From positions 16,387-80,386 of the forward strand of contig JAGCXV010000003.1 in NCBI GenBank assembly GCA_017961175.1: a stretch of 64,000 bases of DNA. Reading direction: 5' to 3'. Below the pieces are notes generated by a model. That model searched no databases. It saw only the letters and a program-made list of their open reading frames with translations, and was not told where the DNA came from. The position numbers and the translations under genes were made by a program. The first letter of the stretch is position 1; the number at the start of each line of letters is the position of its first letter. Source of the stretch: Bacteroidales bacterium (GTDB lineage Bacteria > Bacteroidota > Bacteroidia > Bacteroidales > UBA932). Positions 26,587 to 35,014 of the stretch are shown here, one piece after another.

Positions 26587-28481
26587 TCCATTTACTTTCT
26601 GCCGCAGTGCATCAGATTACACCGGAAGGGATCATAGACAGATACCCTAACAGCTACAATCATTTTGTACTGCCGTTCGTTATAGGAATTACCTTCATCC
26701 TGATATACCTTTTAATAGGCCTGATCAGGATACTCTACCACCTGAGCGGAGAAGACAGGATCAAGCTTCTCAAGTCTCTCTTCAATCCAAAGACCGCATG
26801 GAAGAATATCAAGGATATATTCTGCGACTGCCTGCTGCACACCAAGATATGGAAGAGAAAGCCTCTTCTTGGATATATGCACTCGGCGATCGCCTTCGGA
26901 TGGTTCCTGCTTATCGTGGTGGGACATATCGAGGTATGGCTGTTTGCTCCGAGACATCTTTCCGGACTGACGGAAGGATCGCTGTACTACCCTATCTTCT
27001 ACCGCTTTTTCATCTGGATCAATCCGGCTCACGAAACGCTCAGGGGCTCCCTGTTCTTCTTCATAATGGACTTTCTGCTGCTGTATGTCCTAAGTGGCAT
27101 CGGATTGGCCATGTTCAAGAGAGTCAGGTCCATAGCCCTTGGAATGAGACATACCACCAAGCCTTCACTGGCAGACCGCGTTGCCCTTTACTGCCTGTGG
27201 CTTATCTTCCCTCTCAGACTCCTGGCGGAAGGTTTTACCGCAGACCTCAGCGGCGGAGGATTCCTCACCAGGCCGCTTAACTGGGTGTTCAGGGCTTTCT
27301 TCGGGAACGAGCTGAACTTCCTCCCTACCTGGTGGGCTTATTCCATCGTCCTGGGACTTTTCTTCGCTGCGATGCCGTTCTCCCGTTACATGCACATCCT
27401 GACCGAGCCTCTGCTGATACTTTTCCGCAACGCCGGCCTGAAAGTGCGCCATCCGAGAAAGGGATTCGCGGAGGCGGAAATCTACGCCTGCTCAAGCTGC
27501 GGACTCTGCCTGGATGCCTGCCCAATGAATGTCCAGAAGAAAAACCTCAAATACTCTTCCGTTTATTTCATGCGTTTCTTGCGCAGGCACAACAACAAGA
27601 AAACCAGAGAGATAGCAGACAAGTGCCTGATGTGCGGCAAGTGCTATGCGCTTTGCCCGGTGGGAGTGAATTCCCCTGCCATCAGACGCGCGATCAGGGA
27701 AACCAGGAACAATAAGATTGATTGCGACTACTCATATCTCGACAGCTATGCGGAGAAGTGTTCCGAGAACCCTAAATCCACAGGCAAGATCCTTTACTTT
27801 GCCGGCTGCATGAGCCATCTTACTCCAAGGATCATAAAGTCCGTGGAAACCATCCTCAAGGCCAGCGGACAGGATTACGAGTTCATGGACCGCAACGAGG
27901 GCATCTGCTGCGGCAGGCCTCTGATGCTTGCCGGAAGGACCGATGCCGCCCGCAAGACCATCGAGGCCAACAGTAAGATAATCAAGGACTCCGGATGCAC
28001 CACCCTGCTTCTGTCCTGCCCTATCTGCCTCAAGGTATTCAAGGAAGAATACGCCCTCAAGGGCATTCAGGTAATACATTACACACAGTTTGTTGACAAA
28101 CTCATAAAGGAAGGAAAACTTAAGGTTTCAAAGTCTTCTTCAGCGATAGTATATCACGACCCTTGCGAGCTTGGAAGAGGCTGCGGCATATACGAAGAGC
28201 CTAGGAATGTACTCAAGGCTGTCGCTGAGCTGAAAAAGGCTTCAAAGGAAAGGGACGAGAGCATCTGCTGCGGCTACAGCCTTGGCACCCTGACACTTGA
28301 CGAGAAAGACAAGGCAAAGATCGCCGAGAGTTCAGTAACCAGCCTTATGGCCGAGAATCCGGAACAGATAGTTACAGCCTGCCCTCTTTGCTACAGGGCA
28401 ATAAGGAGCAAGGCCGAAGTTCCTGTCAAGGACTTTGCCGAAATAGTTTGCGAGAATTTGGAAAACAATGATAAAAACTAA
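26583..28481 (+). CDS. Membrane-anchored FeS protein: cytochrome-b-like TM domain fused to an HdrD/DsrK-like module
   Basis: 632 aa. About five N-terminal TM helices carry His residues (YMHSAI, VGHIEV, RYMHIL). These are followed by CSSCGLCLDACP and CLMCGKCYALCP. Two full CCG domains follow (GCMS..ICCGRP..SCPIC and DPCELGR..ICCGYS..ACPLC). Confidence 0.7.
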   Translation: MIHLLSAAVHQITPEGIIDRYPNSYNHFVLPFVIGITFILIYLLIGLIRILYHLSGEDRIKLLKSLFNPKTAWKNIKDIFCDCLLHTKIWKRKPLLGYMHSAIAFGWFLLIVVGHIEVWLFAPRHLSGLTEGSLYYPIFYRFFIWINPAHETLRGSLFFFIMDFLLLYVLSGIGLAMFKRVRSIALGMRHTTKPSLADRVALYCLWLIFPLRLLAEGFTADLSGGGFLTRPLNWVFRAFFGNELNFLPTWWAYSIVLGLFFAAMPFSRYMHILTEPLLILFRNAGLKVRHPRKGFAEAEIYACSSCGLCLDACPMNVQKKNLKYSSVYFMRFLRRHNNKKTREIADKCLMCGKCYALCPVGVNSPAIRRAIRETRNNKIDCDYSYLDSYAEKCSENPKSTGKILYFAGCMSHLTPRIIKSVETILKASGQDYEFMDRNEGICCGRPLMLAGRTDAARKTIEANSKIIKDSGCTTLLLSCPICLKVFKEEYALKGIQVIHYTQFVDKLIKEGKLKVSKSSSAIVYHDPCELGRGCGIYEEPRNVLKAVAELKKASKERDESICCGYSLGTLTLDEKDKAKIAESSVTSLMAENPEQIVTACPLCYRAIRSKAEVPVKDFAEIVCENLENNDKN

Positions 28482-28486
28482 ATTAT

Positions 28487-29773
28487 ATGGAAATCAAACC
28501 GACTAGTTACCGCCTGGAAAACTGCCTGACGCACAGAGTGTTCAAAGACACCGGATGGCTTATGGCAGATCCGGAGGATTCCCGCCCGTCCCTTGTAAGG
28601 GCCATCTATGACAAGAAGCAGATTGAGTTCAAGGATCCGTCTTTCGGAATCTACAGGTTCGCCGACTGGCTGCCTGTAAACCGCTCCCTGAAAGGTTCCT
28701 GCGCTCCGGTTACCTACCGAAGCGAGGGCCTGGCCAGGAAACTGGGCCTTAAGAACCTCTTCATAACCTACAGCGGATGGTGGCCGGAAAAAGGCGCAAC
28801 CATGCGTACGGGCTCCTTCAAGGAAACCGAGGCTTACTCAGTATGCGGAAGGCTTGACGCAGACAACAAGAGGATTCTGGTGGTGGCTTCCGCAGGAAAC
28901 ACCGCAAGGGCTTTCTCCCAGGTTTGCTCGGACAACAACATTCCTCTGGTAATCGCCATCCCTGAAGACAATCTTGACGCGCTTTGGTTCAAGGATAGGC
29001 TAAACGATTGTGTAAAAGTGATTTGCCCGCCTAAGGGAAGCGATTATTTCGACGCTATCGCCCTGGCTGCCAAGCTGAACGCATCCCCTCTCTTCCTGGA
29101 GGAAGGAGGAGCCAAGAATGTGGCAAGAAGAGACGGAATGAGCACGACTGTTCTCTCCGCGGCAGAAGTTATCGGAAAGATTCCTGACGCCTATTTCCAG
29201 GCTGTAGGAAGCGGCACGGGAACCATCGCAGCCTACGAGGCCAATCTCCGCCTTCTGGAAGACGGACGCTTCGGAGATAATCTCATGAAGCTCATACCAT
29301 CCCAGAATGTTCCGTTCACTCCTATGTACGATGCCTGGAAGGCACTCAGCCGCAGCCTTCTGCCAATGGACGAGAACGAGGGCAGGATCAAGGCTCTCCA
29401 GATCAAGGCTTCCGTGCTCAGCAACCGCAAACCGCCGTTCTCCGTCCCTGGAGGCCTCTTCGACGCCCTTATGGCCACCAAGGGAGAATTCCAGAAAGTC
29501 ACAAACGGAGAACTCACCGATGCCTGTGAGATGTTCGCCGAGCTGGAAGGCAGCGATATCCATCCGGCCGCCGGCGTTGCTGTTGTCAGCCTTGCCAAGG
29601 CCCTGAAGGAAGGCCAGATAACCCCGGAGCAGAACATTATGCTGAACGTTACCGGAGGAGGCGAGAAACGCTTCAAGAAAGAATTCAACTATGTTAACGC
29701 AAAAGCTGACCTGATCCTTTCTCCGGAATGCAGTGCAACCGAAGTGATAGACAAGGTTACAGCATTGTTCTAG
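28487..29773 (+). CDS. Cysteate synthase-like PLP enzyme (threonine synthase fold)
   Basis: 428 aa. PLP-lysine context TGSFKETEA, preceded by GWWPEKGA, and ASAGNTARAF. Judged closer to cysteate synthase than to ThrC by eye; not verified. Confidence 0.55.
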   Translation: MEIKPTSYRLENCLTHRVFKDTGWLMADPEDSRPSLVRAIYDKKQIEFKDPSFGIYRFADWLPVNRSLKGSCAPVTYRSEGLARKLGLKNLFITYSGWWPEKGATMRTGSFKETEAYSVCGRLDADNKRILVVASAGNTARAFSQVCSDNNIPLVIAIPEDNLDALWFKDRLNDCVKVICPPKGSDYFDAIALAAKLNASPLFLEEGGAKNVARRDGMSTTVLSAAEVIGKIPDAYFQAVGSGTGTIAAYEANLRLLEDGRFGDNLMKLIPSQNVPFTPMYDAWKALSRSLLPMDENEGRIKALQIKASVLSNRKPPFSVPGGLFDALMATKGEFQKVTNGELTDACEMFAELEGSDIHPAAGVAVVSLAKALKEGQITPEQNIMLNVTGGGEKRFKKEFNYVNAKADLILSPECSATEVIDKVTALF

Positions 29774-29802
29774 TCAACGGCCAGGATCATCAAACAAAAA
29801 AA

Positions 29803-29830
29803 ACGGGGCGGAAAAATCCGTCCCGTTTTT
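29803..29830. terminator. Bidirectional rho-independent terminator
   Basis: ACGGGGCGGA-aaaa-TCCGTCCCGT hairpin (one G-U pair). It is flanked by an A-run on one side and a T-run on the other. Sits between convergent genes. Confidence 0.7.
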
Positions 29831-29848
29831 AATTATTGTGTTACAAAA

Positions 29849-30091
29849 TTATTTCTTGCTGCTGTCTGACTTACTAGCGTCCTTCTTGGAAGCCTCTTTG
29901 TTGTTCTTGTCCTTGCTGCTGTCTTTCTTGGTGTCTGTCTTCTTGTCGGTAGTCTTAACCTTCTCACCGCTCTTATCCTTCTTCTTTGATTTCTCGAAGG
30001 TCTGAGGCTCTGAAACAGAGGTTGAAGCCATAGCGTAAGTTCCGCCGAAGAGGAACAGTGCAGCGCACATCAAAGCAATGATCTTTTTCAT
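29849..30091 (-). CDS. Small secreted K/D/S-rich low-complexity protein
   Basis: 80 aa. Signal peptide MKKIIALMCAALFLFGGTYAMA, then KKKDKSGEKVKTTDKKTDTKKDSSKDKNNKEASKKDASKSDSSKK. Confidence 0.55.
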   Translation of the reverse strand: MKKIIALMCAALFLFGGTYAMASTSVSEPQTFEKSKKKDKSGEKVKTTDKKTDTKKDSSKDKNNKEASKKDASKSDSSKK

Positions 30092-30133
30092 AATGGTGAA
30101 GTTTTTAAAGGGTTAATAAAATTGTTTACGATT

Positions 30134-30165
30134 CAAAAGTAAAAAATAATTTTTACCAATGCAAA
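30134..30165 (-). promoter_or_regulatory. Canonical Bacteroidota promoter TTTG-N20-TACTTTTG for the K-rich small protein
   Basis: On the minus strand, TTTG is the complement of 30162-30165 and TACTTTTG the complement of 30134-30141. Spacing is 20 nt. The promoter is about 43 nt upstream of the ATG. Confidence 0.5.
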
Positions 30166-30192
30166 TTTTGCAAAAATCGGGCCCAAATAAAA

Positions 30193-30217
30193 ACGGATGG
30201 CCGTTTTGGCCATCCGT
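30193..30217 (-). terminator. Rho-independent terminator of the A/E-rich lipoprotein gene
   Basis: Perfect 10-bp stem ACGGATGGCC / GGCCATCCGT with a 5-nt loop, followed on the minus strand by TTTTTATTT. Confidence 0.7.
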
Positions 30218-30243
30218 CAATCTGTAAGGTCAAAAAGTAAAAA

Positions 30244-30546
30244 TTACTTCTTGATAGTCTGGGCAGCGTCCTTTACAGCCTCAACTGCACCCTTAACTGC
30301 CTCTGCACCTTCCTTAACCTCGTTAGCAACTTCCTCTACCTTGTTAGCCTCAGCCTCAACAGCCTGGGCAGCGTCAGCTGCAGCAACAGCAGTAGAATCA
30401 GCAACCTCGTTAGCAACTTCAGTAGCAACCTCAGTTACCTCAGCAGCAGCCTCGGTAGCCTCAGCAGCAGCCTCCTGTGCAGGAGCGTTATTCTTGCATG
30501 CTACGAATGCAAGAGCTGCAACGGCGATAAACAATACCTTCTTCAT
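30244..30546 (-). CDS. Small A/E/V-rich lipoprotein
   Basis: 100 aa. MKKVLFIAVAALAFVAC lipobox, then helical-looking repeats of A/E/V/T (AEVTEVATEVANEVA...). Confidence 0.6.
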   Translation of the reverse strand: MKKVLFIAVAALAFVACKNNAPAQEAAAEATEAAAEVTEVATEVANEVADSTAVAAADAAQAVEAEANKVEEVANEVKEGAEAVKGAVEAVKDAAQTIKK

Positions 30547-30596
30547 GATCTTGAATTTTAAATGTTATTTAATTGCTTTGTTTTCTTTTGGTGGTG

Positions 30597-30604
30597 CAAA
30601 AGTA
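30597..30604 (-). promoter_or_regulatory. -7 box TACTTTTG upstream of the A/E-rich lipoprotein gene
   Basis: Exact TAnnTTTG on the minus strand, about 50 nt before the ATG at 30546. Only a near-match (ATTG) is present at the -33 position. Confidence 0.35.
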
Positions 30605-30836
30605 TAAACGATACCGGACCTGCAATTTCTGATAGCCCGGTTATCAGCACTTTGTAACAAAAATTTAGCAAGACGGCCTGAAAAGCCCCTTCTCGCCATA
30701 GATTTCAGATTGGAAGGAATTAAGATGTAATATCCTTGTAATTTCTAAGGATTTTAGATGAAAAAATTAAGGAATTGAAGAAATATCTCTTATCTTTATG
30801 CCCCGAAACGAATAATGTAAGCATTATCAATTTTTT

Positions 30837-32744
30837 ATGAAAATATCGTCTATTGAGGATTTGAAAAAAATCCGTGAAAGAGCGAGTGTTCACCTTAAGC
30901 CAAGGGAGCAAAGCGACCATCAGGATTCATCTGCAACCTGCGGCCTGAAGAAGGGAACACCCAAAATACAGATCCTGACCTGCGGAGGAACAGGATGCAA
31001 GGCTTCCCAAAGCCATCTTATCGCCGATAATTTCAAGAAACTGATAGCAGAAAACAATCTTGAAGGCAAGGTTGAGGTCATCACGACAGGTTGCTTCGGT
31101 TTCTGCGAAAAAGGCCCGATCGTTAAAATAATTCCTGACAACACTTTCTACACTAAGGTTAAGCCAGAGGATGCGGAAGAGATTTTCACCACGCATATCA
31201 TCGGCGGAAAGAGAGTCAACAGGCTGCTGTATGTGGATCCGAAGCGCAAGACCACCGTTTCCGATTCCAAGCACATGGACTTCTACCGCAAGCAGGTGAG
31301 AATCGCGCTTAGGAACTGCGGACTCATTGATCCTGAGGATATTGTAGAGTACATAGCTCGCGACGGTTACTTCGCGCTTGCTGATTGTCTTCTGAACCGA
31401 AGCCCTAAAGCCGTGATAGATGAAATCAAGAAATCCGGCCTCAGGGGAAGAGGCGGCGGAGGATTCCCTACCGGCCTCAAGTGGGAGATTGCTTCCAAGA
31501 ACCAGTCAAAAGAAAAGTATGTTGTCTGCAATGCGGACGAGGGAGACCCTGGAGCGTTTATGGACCGCTCCATCATGGAGGGAGACCCTAACTCTATCGT
31601 AGAGGCTATGGCCATTTGCGGATATGCAATCGGAGCCACCCACGGCCTGGTTTACATCAGGGCAGAGTATCCTCTTGCTGTTGAGCGCCTTAAGATTGCC
31701 ATCAAGCAGGCAAGGGAACTCGGGCTTCTCGGAAAGAAGATCCTCGGAACTTCATTCTCCTTCGACATCAACATCAGGTACGGTGCCGGCGCATTCGTTT
31801 GCGGAGAAGAGACCGCGCTTATCCACTCTATGGAAGGCAGGAGAGGAGAACCTACCCTCAAGCCGCCTTTCCCTGCAGAAAGCGGATATAACGGCAAGCC
31901 TACCAACGTGAACAATGTCGAGACATTTGCCAACGTTCCTATCATAATCAACAAGGGAGCAGACTGGTTCGCCTCTATAGGCAGCGACCGTTCAAAGGGA
32001 ACCAAGGTGTTCGCCCTTGCCGGTAAAATCAACAATGTAGGCCTTATAGAAGTCCCGATGGGTACAACCTTGAGAGAGGTTATCTTCGATATCGGAGGCG
32101 GAATCAAGGGTGGCAAGCAGTTCAAGGCTGTTCAGACCGGAGGTCCTTCCGGAGGTTGCCTTACCGAAAAGCACCTGGATACCCCTATCGACTTCGACAC
32201 TCTGACCGCTGCCGGCAGTATGATGGGTTCCGGCGGTATGATCGTCATGGACGAGGATAACTGTATGGTTTCAGTTGCCCGTTTCTATCTCGACTTCATC
32301 GTCGGTGAGTCCTGCGGAAAATGCACCCCTTGCCGTATCGGCAACAAGAGGATGCTGGAAATCCTGGACAAGATCATAGCCGGAAACGGAACGATGCAGG
32401 ATCTTGACAAGCTCAAGACTCTTGCCGGAGTTATCAAGGACACAGCGCTTTGCGGACTCGGACAGACTTCCCCTAACCCTGTTCTCTCTACTCTGAGCAA
32501 TTTCTGGGATGAGTATGTGGAGCACGTAAGGGATAAGAAGTGCCGCGCTAAGCAGTGCAAGGCTCTGCTCACCTATGTTATCAATCCTGAGAAGTGTATC
32601 GGCTGCCACGCCTGCGCGATCGGCTGCCCTGCCGGAGCAATCGAAGGCGTTCCTAGAAAGCCTCACGCAATCATCTTCTCCAAGTGCATCAAGTGCGGAA
32701 TGTGCATGTCACGATGCAAGTTCAAAGCAGTATCAGTTGTCTAA
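30837..32744 (+). CDS. hydB: [FeFe]-hydrogenase flavoprotein subunit (NuoF-like, HydB/HndC type)
   Basis: 635 aa. N-terminal thioredoxin-like [2Fe-2S] Cys set, GRGGGGFPTGLKWE FMN site, ESCGKCTPCR, and a C-terminal 2x[4Fe-4S] domain. Confidence 0.85.
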   Translation: MKISSIEDLKKIRERASVHLKPREQSDHQDSSATCGLKKGTPKIQILTCGGTGCKASQSHLIADNFKKLIAENNLEGKVEVITTGCFGFCEKGPIVKIIPDNTFYTKVKPEDAEEIFTTHIIGGKRVNRLLYVDPKRKTTVSDSKHMDFYRKQVRIALRNCGLIDPEDIVEYIARDGYFALADCLLNRSPKAVIDEIKKSGLRGRGGGGFPTGLKWEIASKNQSKEKYVVCNADEGDPGAFMDRSIMEGDPNSIVEAMAICGYAIGATHGLVYIRAEYPLAVERLKIAIKQARELGLLGKKILGTSFSFDINIRYGAGAFVCGEETALIHSMEGRRGEPTLKPPFPAESGYNGKPTNVNNVETFANVPIIINKGADWFASIGSDRSKGTKVFALAGKINNVGLIEVPMGTTLREVIFDIGGGIKGGKQFKAVQTGGPSGGCLTEKHLDTPIDFDTLTAAGSMMGSGGMIVMDEDNCMVSVARFYLDFIVGESCGKCTPCRIGNKRMLEILDKIIAGNGTMQDLDKLKTLAGVIKDTALCGLGQTSPNPVLSTLSNFWDEYVEHVRDKKCRAKQCKALLTYVINPEKCIGCHACAIGCPAGAIEGVPRKPHAIIFSKCIKCGMCMSRCKFKAVSVV

Positions 32745-32755
32745 AACCGCCAGCT

Positions 32756-34519
32756 ATGAAACAGAATATATCACTGATAATAGATAATCATAAAGTCGTT
32801 GTTCCTGAGGGCACAACGATACTGGATGCGGCCAAGAGCATAGGAATCGTCATCCCTACGCTTTGCCACATGAACCTCAAGGGAACCTGCGCAGACAACC
32901 ATCCGGCATCCTGCCGCGTGTGCGTTGTTGAAGTAAAGGGCAGGAGAAACCTTGCCCCTGCCTGCAGCACTGCCTGCACGGAAGGAATGGAGGTCAAGAC
33001 CAGCTCCATCAGGGTGATAAGGGCGCGCAAGACCGTCATCGAGCTCATGCTCAGCGACCATCCTAACGAGTGCCTTACCTGCCCTAAGAGCGGAAAATGC
33101 GAGCTCCAGGCAGTTACCCAGCATCTTTCCATCAACGAGACTCCATACGCAGGAGAACTTTCGCTGAGAAAGAAGGAAATGACCGCCTCCATTATAAGGA
33201 ATATGGACAAGTGCATCTATTGCCGCAGATGCGAGACAATGTGCAATGTCTACCAGACGGTTGGAGCTCTGGGTGCTGTGGGAAGAGGTTTCAACACCAC
33301 GATCGCCCCTTCTTTCAACAGGAATCTCAAGGATACTGACTGCACATATTGCGGCCAGTGCGTTGCAGTCTGCCCTGTTGGTGCTCTCACGGAAAGGACT
33401 TATACAGACCAGCTTATAGACGACCTGGAGAATCCTGAAAAGACCGTTATCGTCCAGACCGCTCCGGCTGTAAGGGTTGCCCTGGGAGAAGAGTTCGGCA
33501 ACGCTCCAGGCAGCATCGTGACCGGCAAACTGGTTGCAGCTCTCAAGGACCTGGGATTCGACTATGTATTCGATACAGACTTCTCAGCAGACGCCACCAT
33601 CATGGAGGAAGGAAGCGAGCTTCTGGAAAGGCTCACCAAGTTCCTTAATGGAGACAAGAGCGTTCCAATTCCTCTTATGACTTCCTGCTGCCCTGCCTGG
33701 GTGAACTTCTACGAGCATAATTTCCCGGATCTTCTCCAGTATCCGTCAACGGCACGTTCTCCTCAGCAGATGTTCGGTGCCATTGCCAAGAACTACTGGG
33801 CAGAGAAGATGAACATTCCACGCGAGAAACTTGTTGTTGTTTCCGTAATGCCTTGCCTTGCAAAGAAATTCGAGTGCCAGAGGCCTGAGTTCTCAACCAA
33901 CGGCAATCCGGATGTGGACTATTCAATCACCACCAGGGAGCTTGCAACCCTCATCCGCAGGGCCAACATCAACTTCGAGACCCTGCCTCATATGGAGTTT
34001 GACAATCCTCTTGGAGAAAGTTCCGGCGCCGCAGCTATCTTCGGCTCTACCGGCGGTGTACTTGAGGCAGCCCTCAGAACCGCATACGAGCTCTACACCA
34101 AGAAACCTCTTCCAAAGATAGACTTTGAGGAAGTTAGAGGTATGGACAGCCTCAGGACCGCAACAATCGATTTCGACGGCTTTGCTCTCAATGTTGCAAT
34201 AGCCTACGGTCTCGGCAACGCCCGCAAGCTTATGGAAGAGATCCGCGCAGGCAAGTGCAAATATCACGTGATTGAGATCATGGCCTGCCCGGGTGGCTGC
34301 ATCGGCGGCGGCGGACAGCCTCTCCATCACGGAGACTTCGAGGTTATCAAGGCCCGCCAGAAGGCAATCTACGAGGAAGACCAGAATATGCCTCTGAGAA
34401 AGAGCCACGAGAACAAGAGTATCATTGAGATGTACGAGAAGTATTTCGGCAAGCCTCTCAGCGAAAAGGCCCACGCCCTTCTCCACACCCATTATTCAGA
34501 CAAAACAATAAAGTACTAG
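32756..34519 (+). CDS. hydA: [FeFe]-hydrogenase catalytic subunit
   Basis: Start placed at the ATG at 32756 (MKQNISLIIDN...), 12 nt after the hydB stop. H-cluster motifs TSCCPAW, MPCLAKKFE and EIMACPGGCIGGGGQP are present. Confidence 0.9.
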   Translation: MKQNISLIIDNHKVVVPEGTTILDAAKSIGIVIPTLCHMNLKGTCADNHPASCRVCVVEVKGRRNLAPACSTACTEGMEVKTSSIRVIRARKTVIELMLSDHPNECLTCPKSGKCELQAVTQHLSINETPYAGELSLRKKEMTASIIRNMDKCIYCRRCETMCNVYQTVGALGAVGRGFNTTIAPSFNRNLKDTDCTYCGQCVAVCPVGALTERTYTDQLIDDLENPEKTVIVQTAPAVRVALGEEFGNAPGSIVTGKLVAALKDLGFDYVFDTDFSADATIMEEGSELLERLTKFLNGDKSVPIPLMTSCCPAWVNFYEHNFPDLLQYPSTARSPQQMFGAIAKNYWAEKMNIPREKLVVVSVMPCLAKKFECQRPEFSTNGNPDVDYSITTRELATLIRRANINFETLPHMEFDNPLGESSGAAAIFGSTGGVLEAALRTAYELYTKKPLPKIDFEEVRGMDSLRTATIDFDGFALNVAIAYGLGNARKLMEEIRAGKCKYHVIEIMACPGGCIGGGGQPLHHGDFEVIKARQKAIYEEDQNMPLRKSHENKSIIEMYEKYFGKPLSEKAHALLHTHYSDKTIKY

Positions 34520-34536
34520 CCTAAAACAGAACAGAC

Positions 34537-35013
34537 ATGGAAAAATTATGCAATAGTGTTGTTGAAAAGATAAGGGCTATCTGCGACAAATTCGGTAACA
34601 AGCCGGGCGAGCTTATCAACATACTTCACGAGTCTCAGCACACTGTAGGCTACCTTCCTATGGAGGTTCAGGCCATCATCGCCGAGAAACTCAACATCCC
34701 TGTCAGCAGGGTTTACGGAGTTGTGACCTTCTATGCGTTCTTCACCATGGTTCCAAAGGGCAAGCATCCTGTTTCCGTTTGCCTTGGAACTGCATGCTAT
34801 GTAAGGGGTTCCGAGAAGATTCTGGAAGAGTTCAAGAGAACTCTGGGCATAGATGTCGGAGAAACCACGGAAGACGGACGCTTCTCCCTGGACTGCCTCA
34901 GGTGCGTCGGCGCCTGCGGCCTTGCTCCTGTTGCAATGGTTGGAGAGAAGGTTTACGGCCATCTCAATCCTGCAGACATCAAGAAGATCATAAAGGATTT
35001 CTCTCAGGACTAG
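34537..35013 (+). CDS. hydC: [FeFe]-hydrogenase NuoE-like [2Fe-2S] subunit
   Basis: 158 aa with the CLGTACYVRG ... CLRCVGACGLAP pattern. Confidence 0.85.
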   Translation: MEKLCNSVVEKIRAICDKFGNKPGELINILHESQHTVGYLPMEVQAIIAEKLNIPVSRVYGVVTFYAFFTMVPKGKHPVSVCLGTACYVRGSEKILEEFKRTLGIDVGETTEDGRFSLDCLRCVGACGLAPVAMVGEKVYGHLNPADIKKIIKDFSQD

Positions 35014-35014
35014 A

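Noticed and set aside
23482-28481. Alternative reading of the Hdr-like genes as a LutABC-type lactate utilisation or glycolate oxidase FeS cluster.
   Set aside because: There is no LutC/DUF162 or FAD-linked GlcD-type subunit. An HdrA-specific CxGSRD...CSxxCC flavoprotein and a membrane cytochrome-b-like domain are present instead. The alternative is not fully excluded without profile searches.
30197-30607. 136-aa A/S/T-rich ORF on the plus strand.
   Set aside because: It is the mirror image of the A/E-rich lipoprotein gene (30244-30546, minus strand). The minus-strand version has a signal peptide, lipobox, promoter box and terminator. The plus-strand version has none.
30621-30640. 6-bp inverted repeat CTGATA-N7-TATCAG in the hydrogenase upstream region.
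   Set aside because: It is too short to distinguish from chance. No matching promoter box for hydB was found nearby.
32684-32755. Upstream start for hydA, as listed in the ORF track.
   Set aside because: It would overlap hydB by 61 nt. The ATG at 32756 follows the hydB stop and gives the typical N-terminal 2Fe-2S ferredoxin-like start, MKQNISLIIDN.
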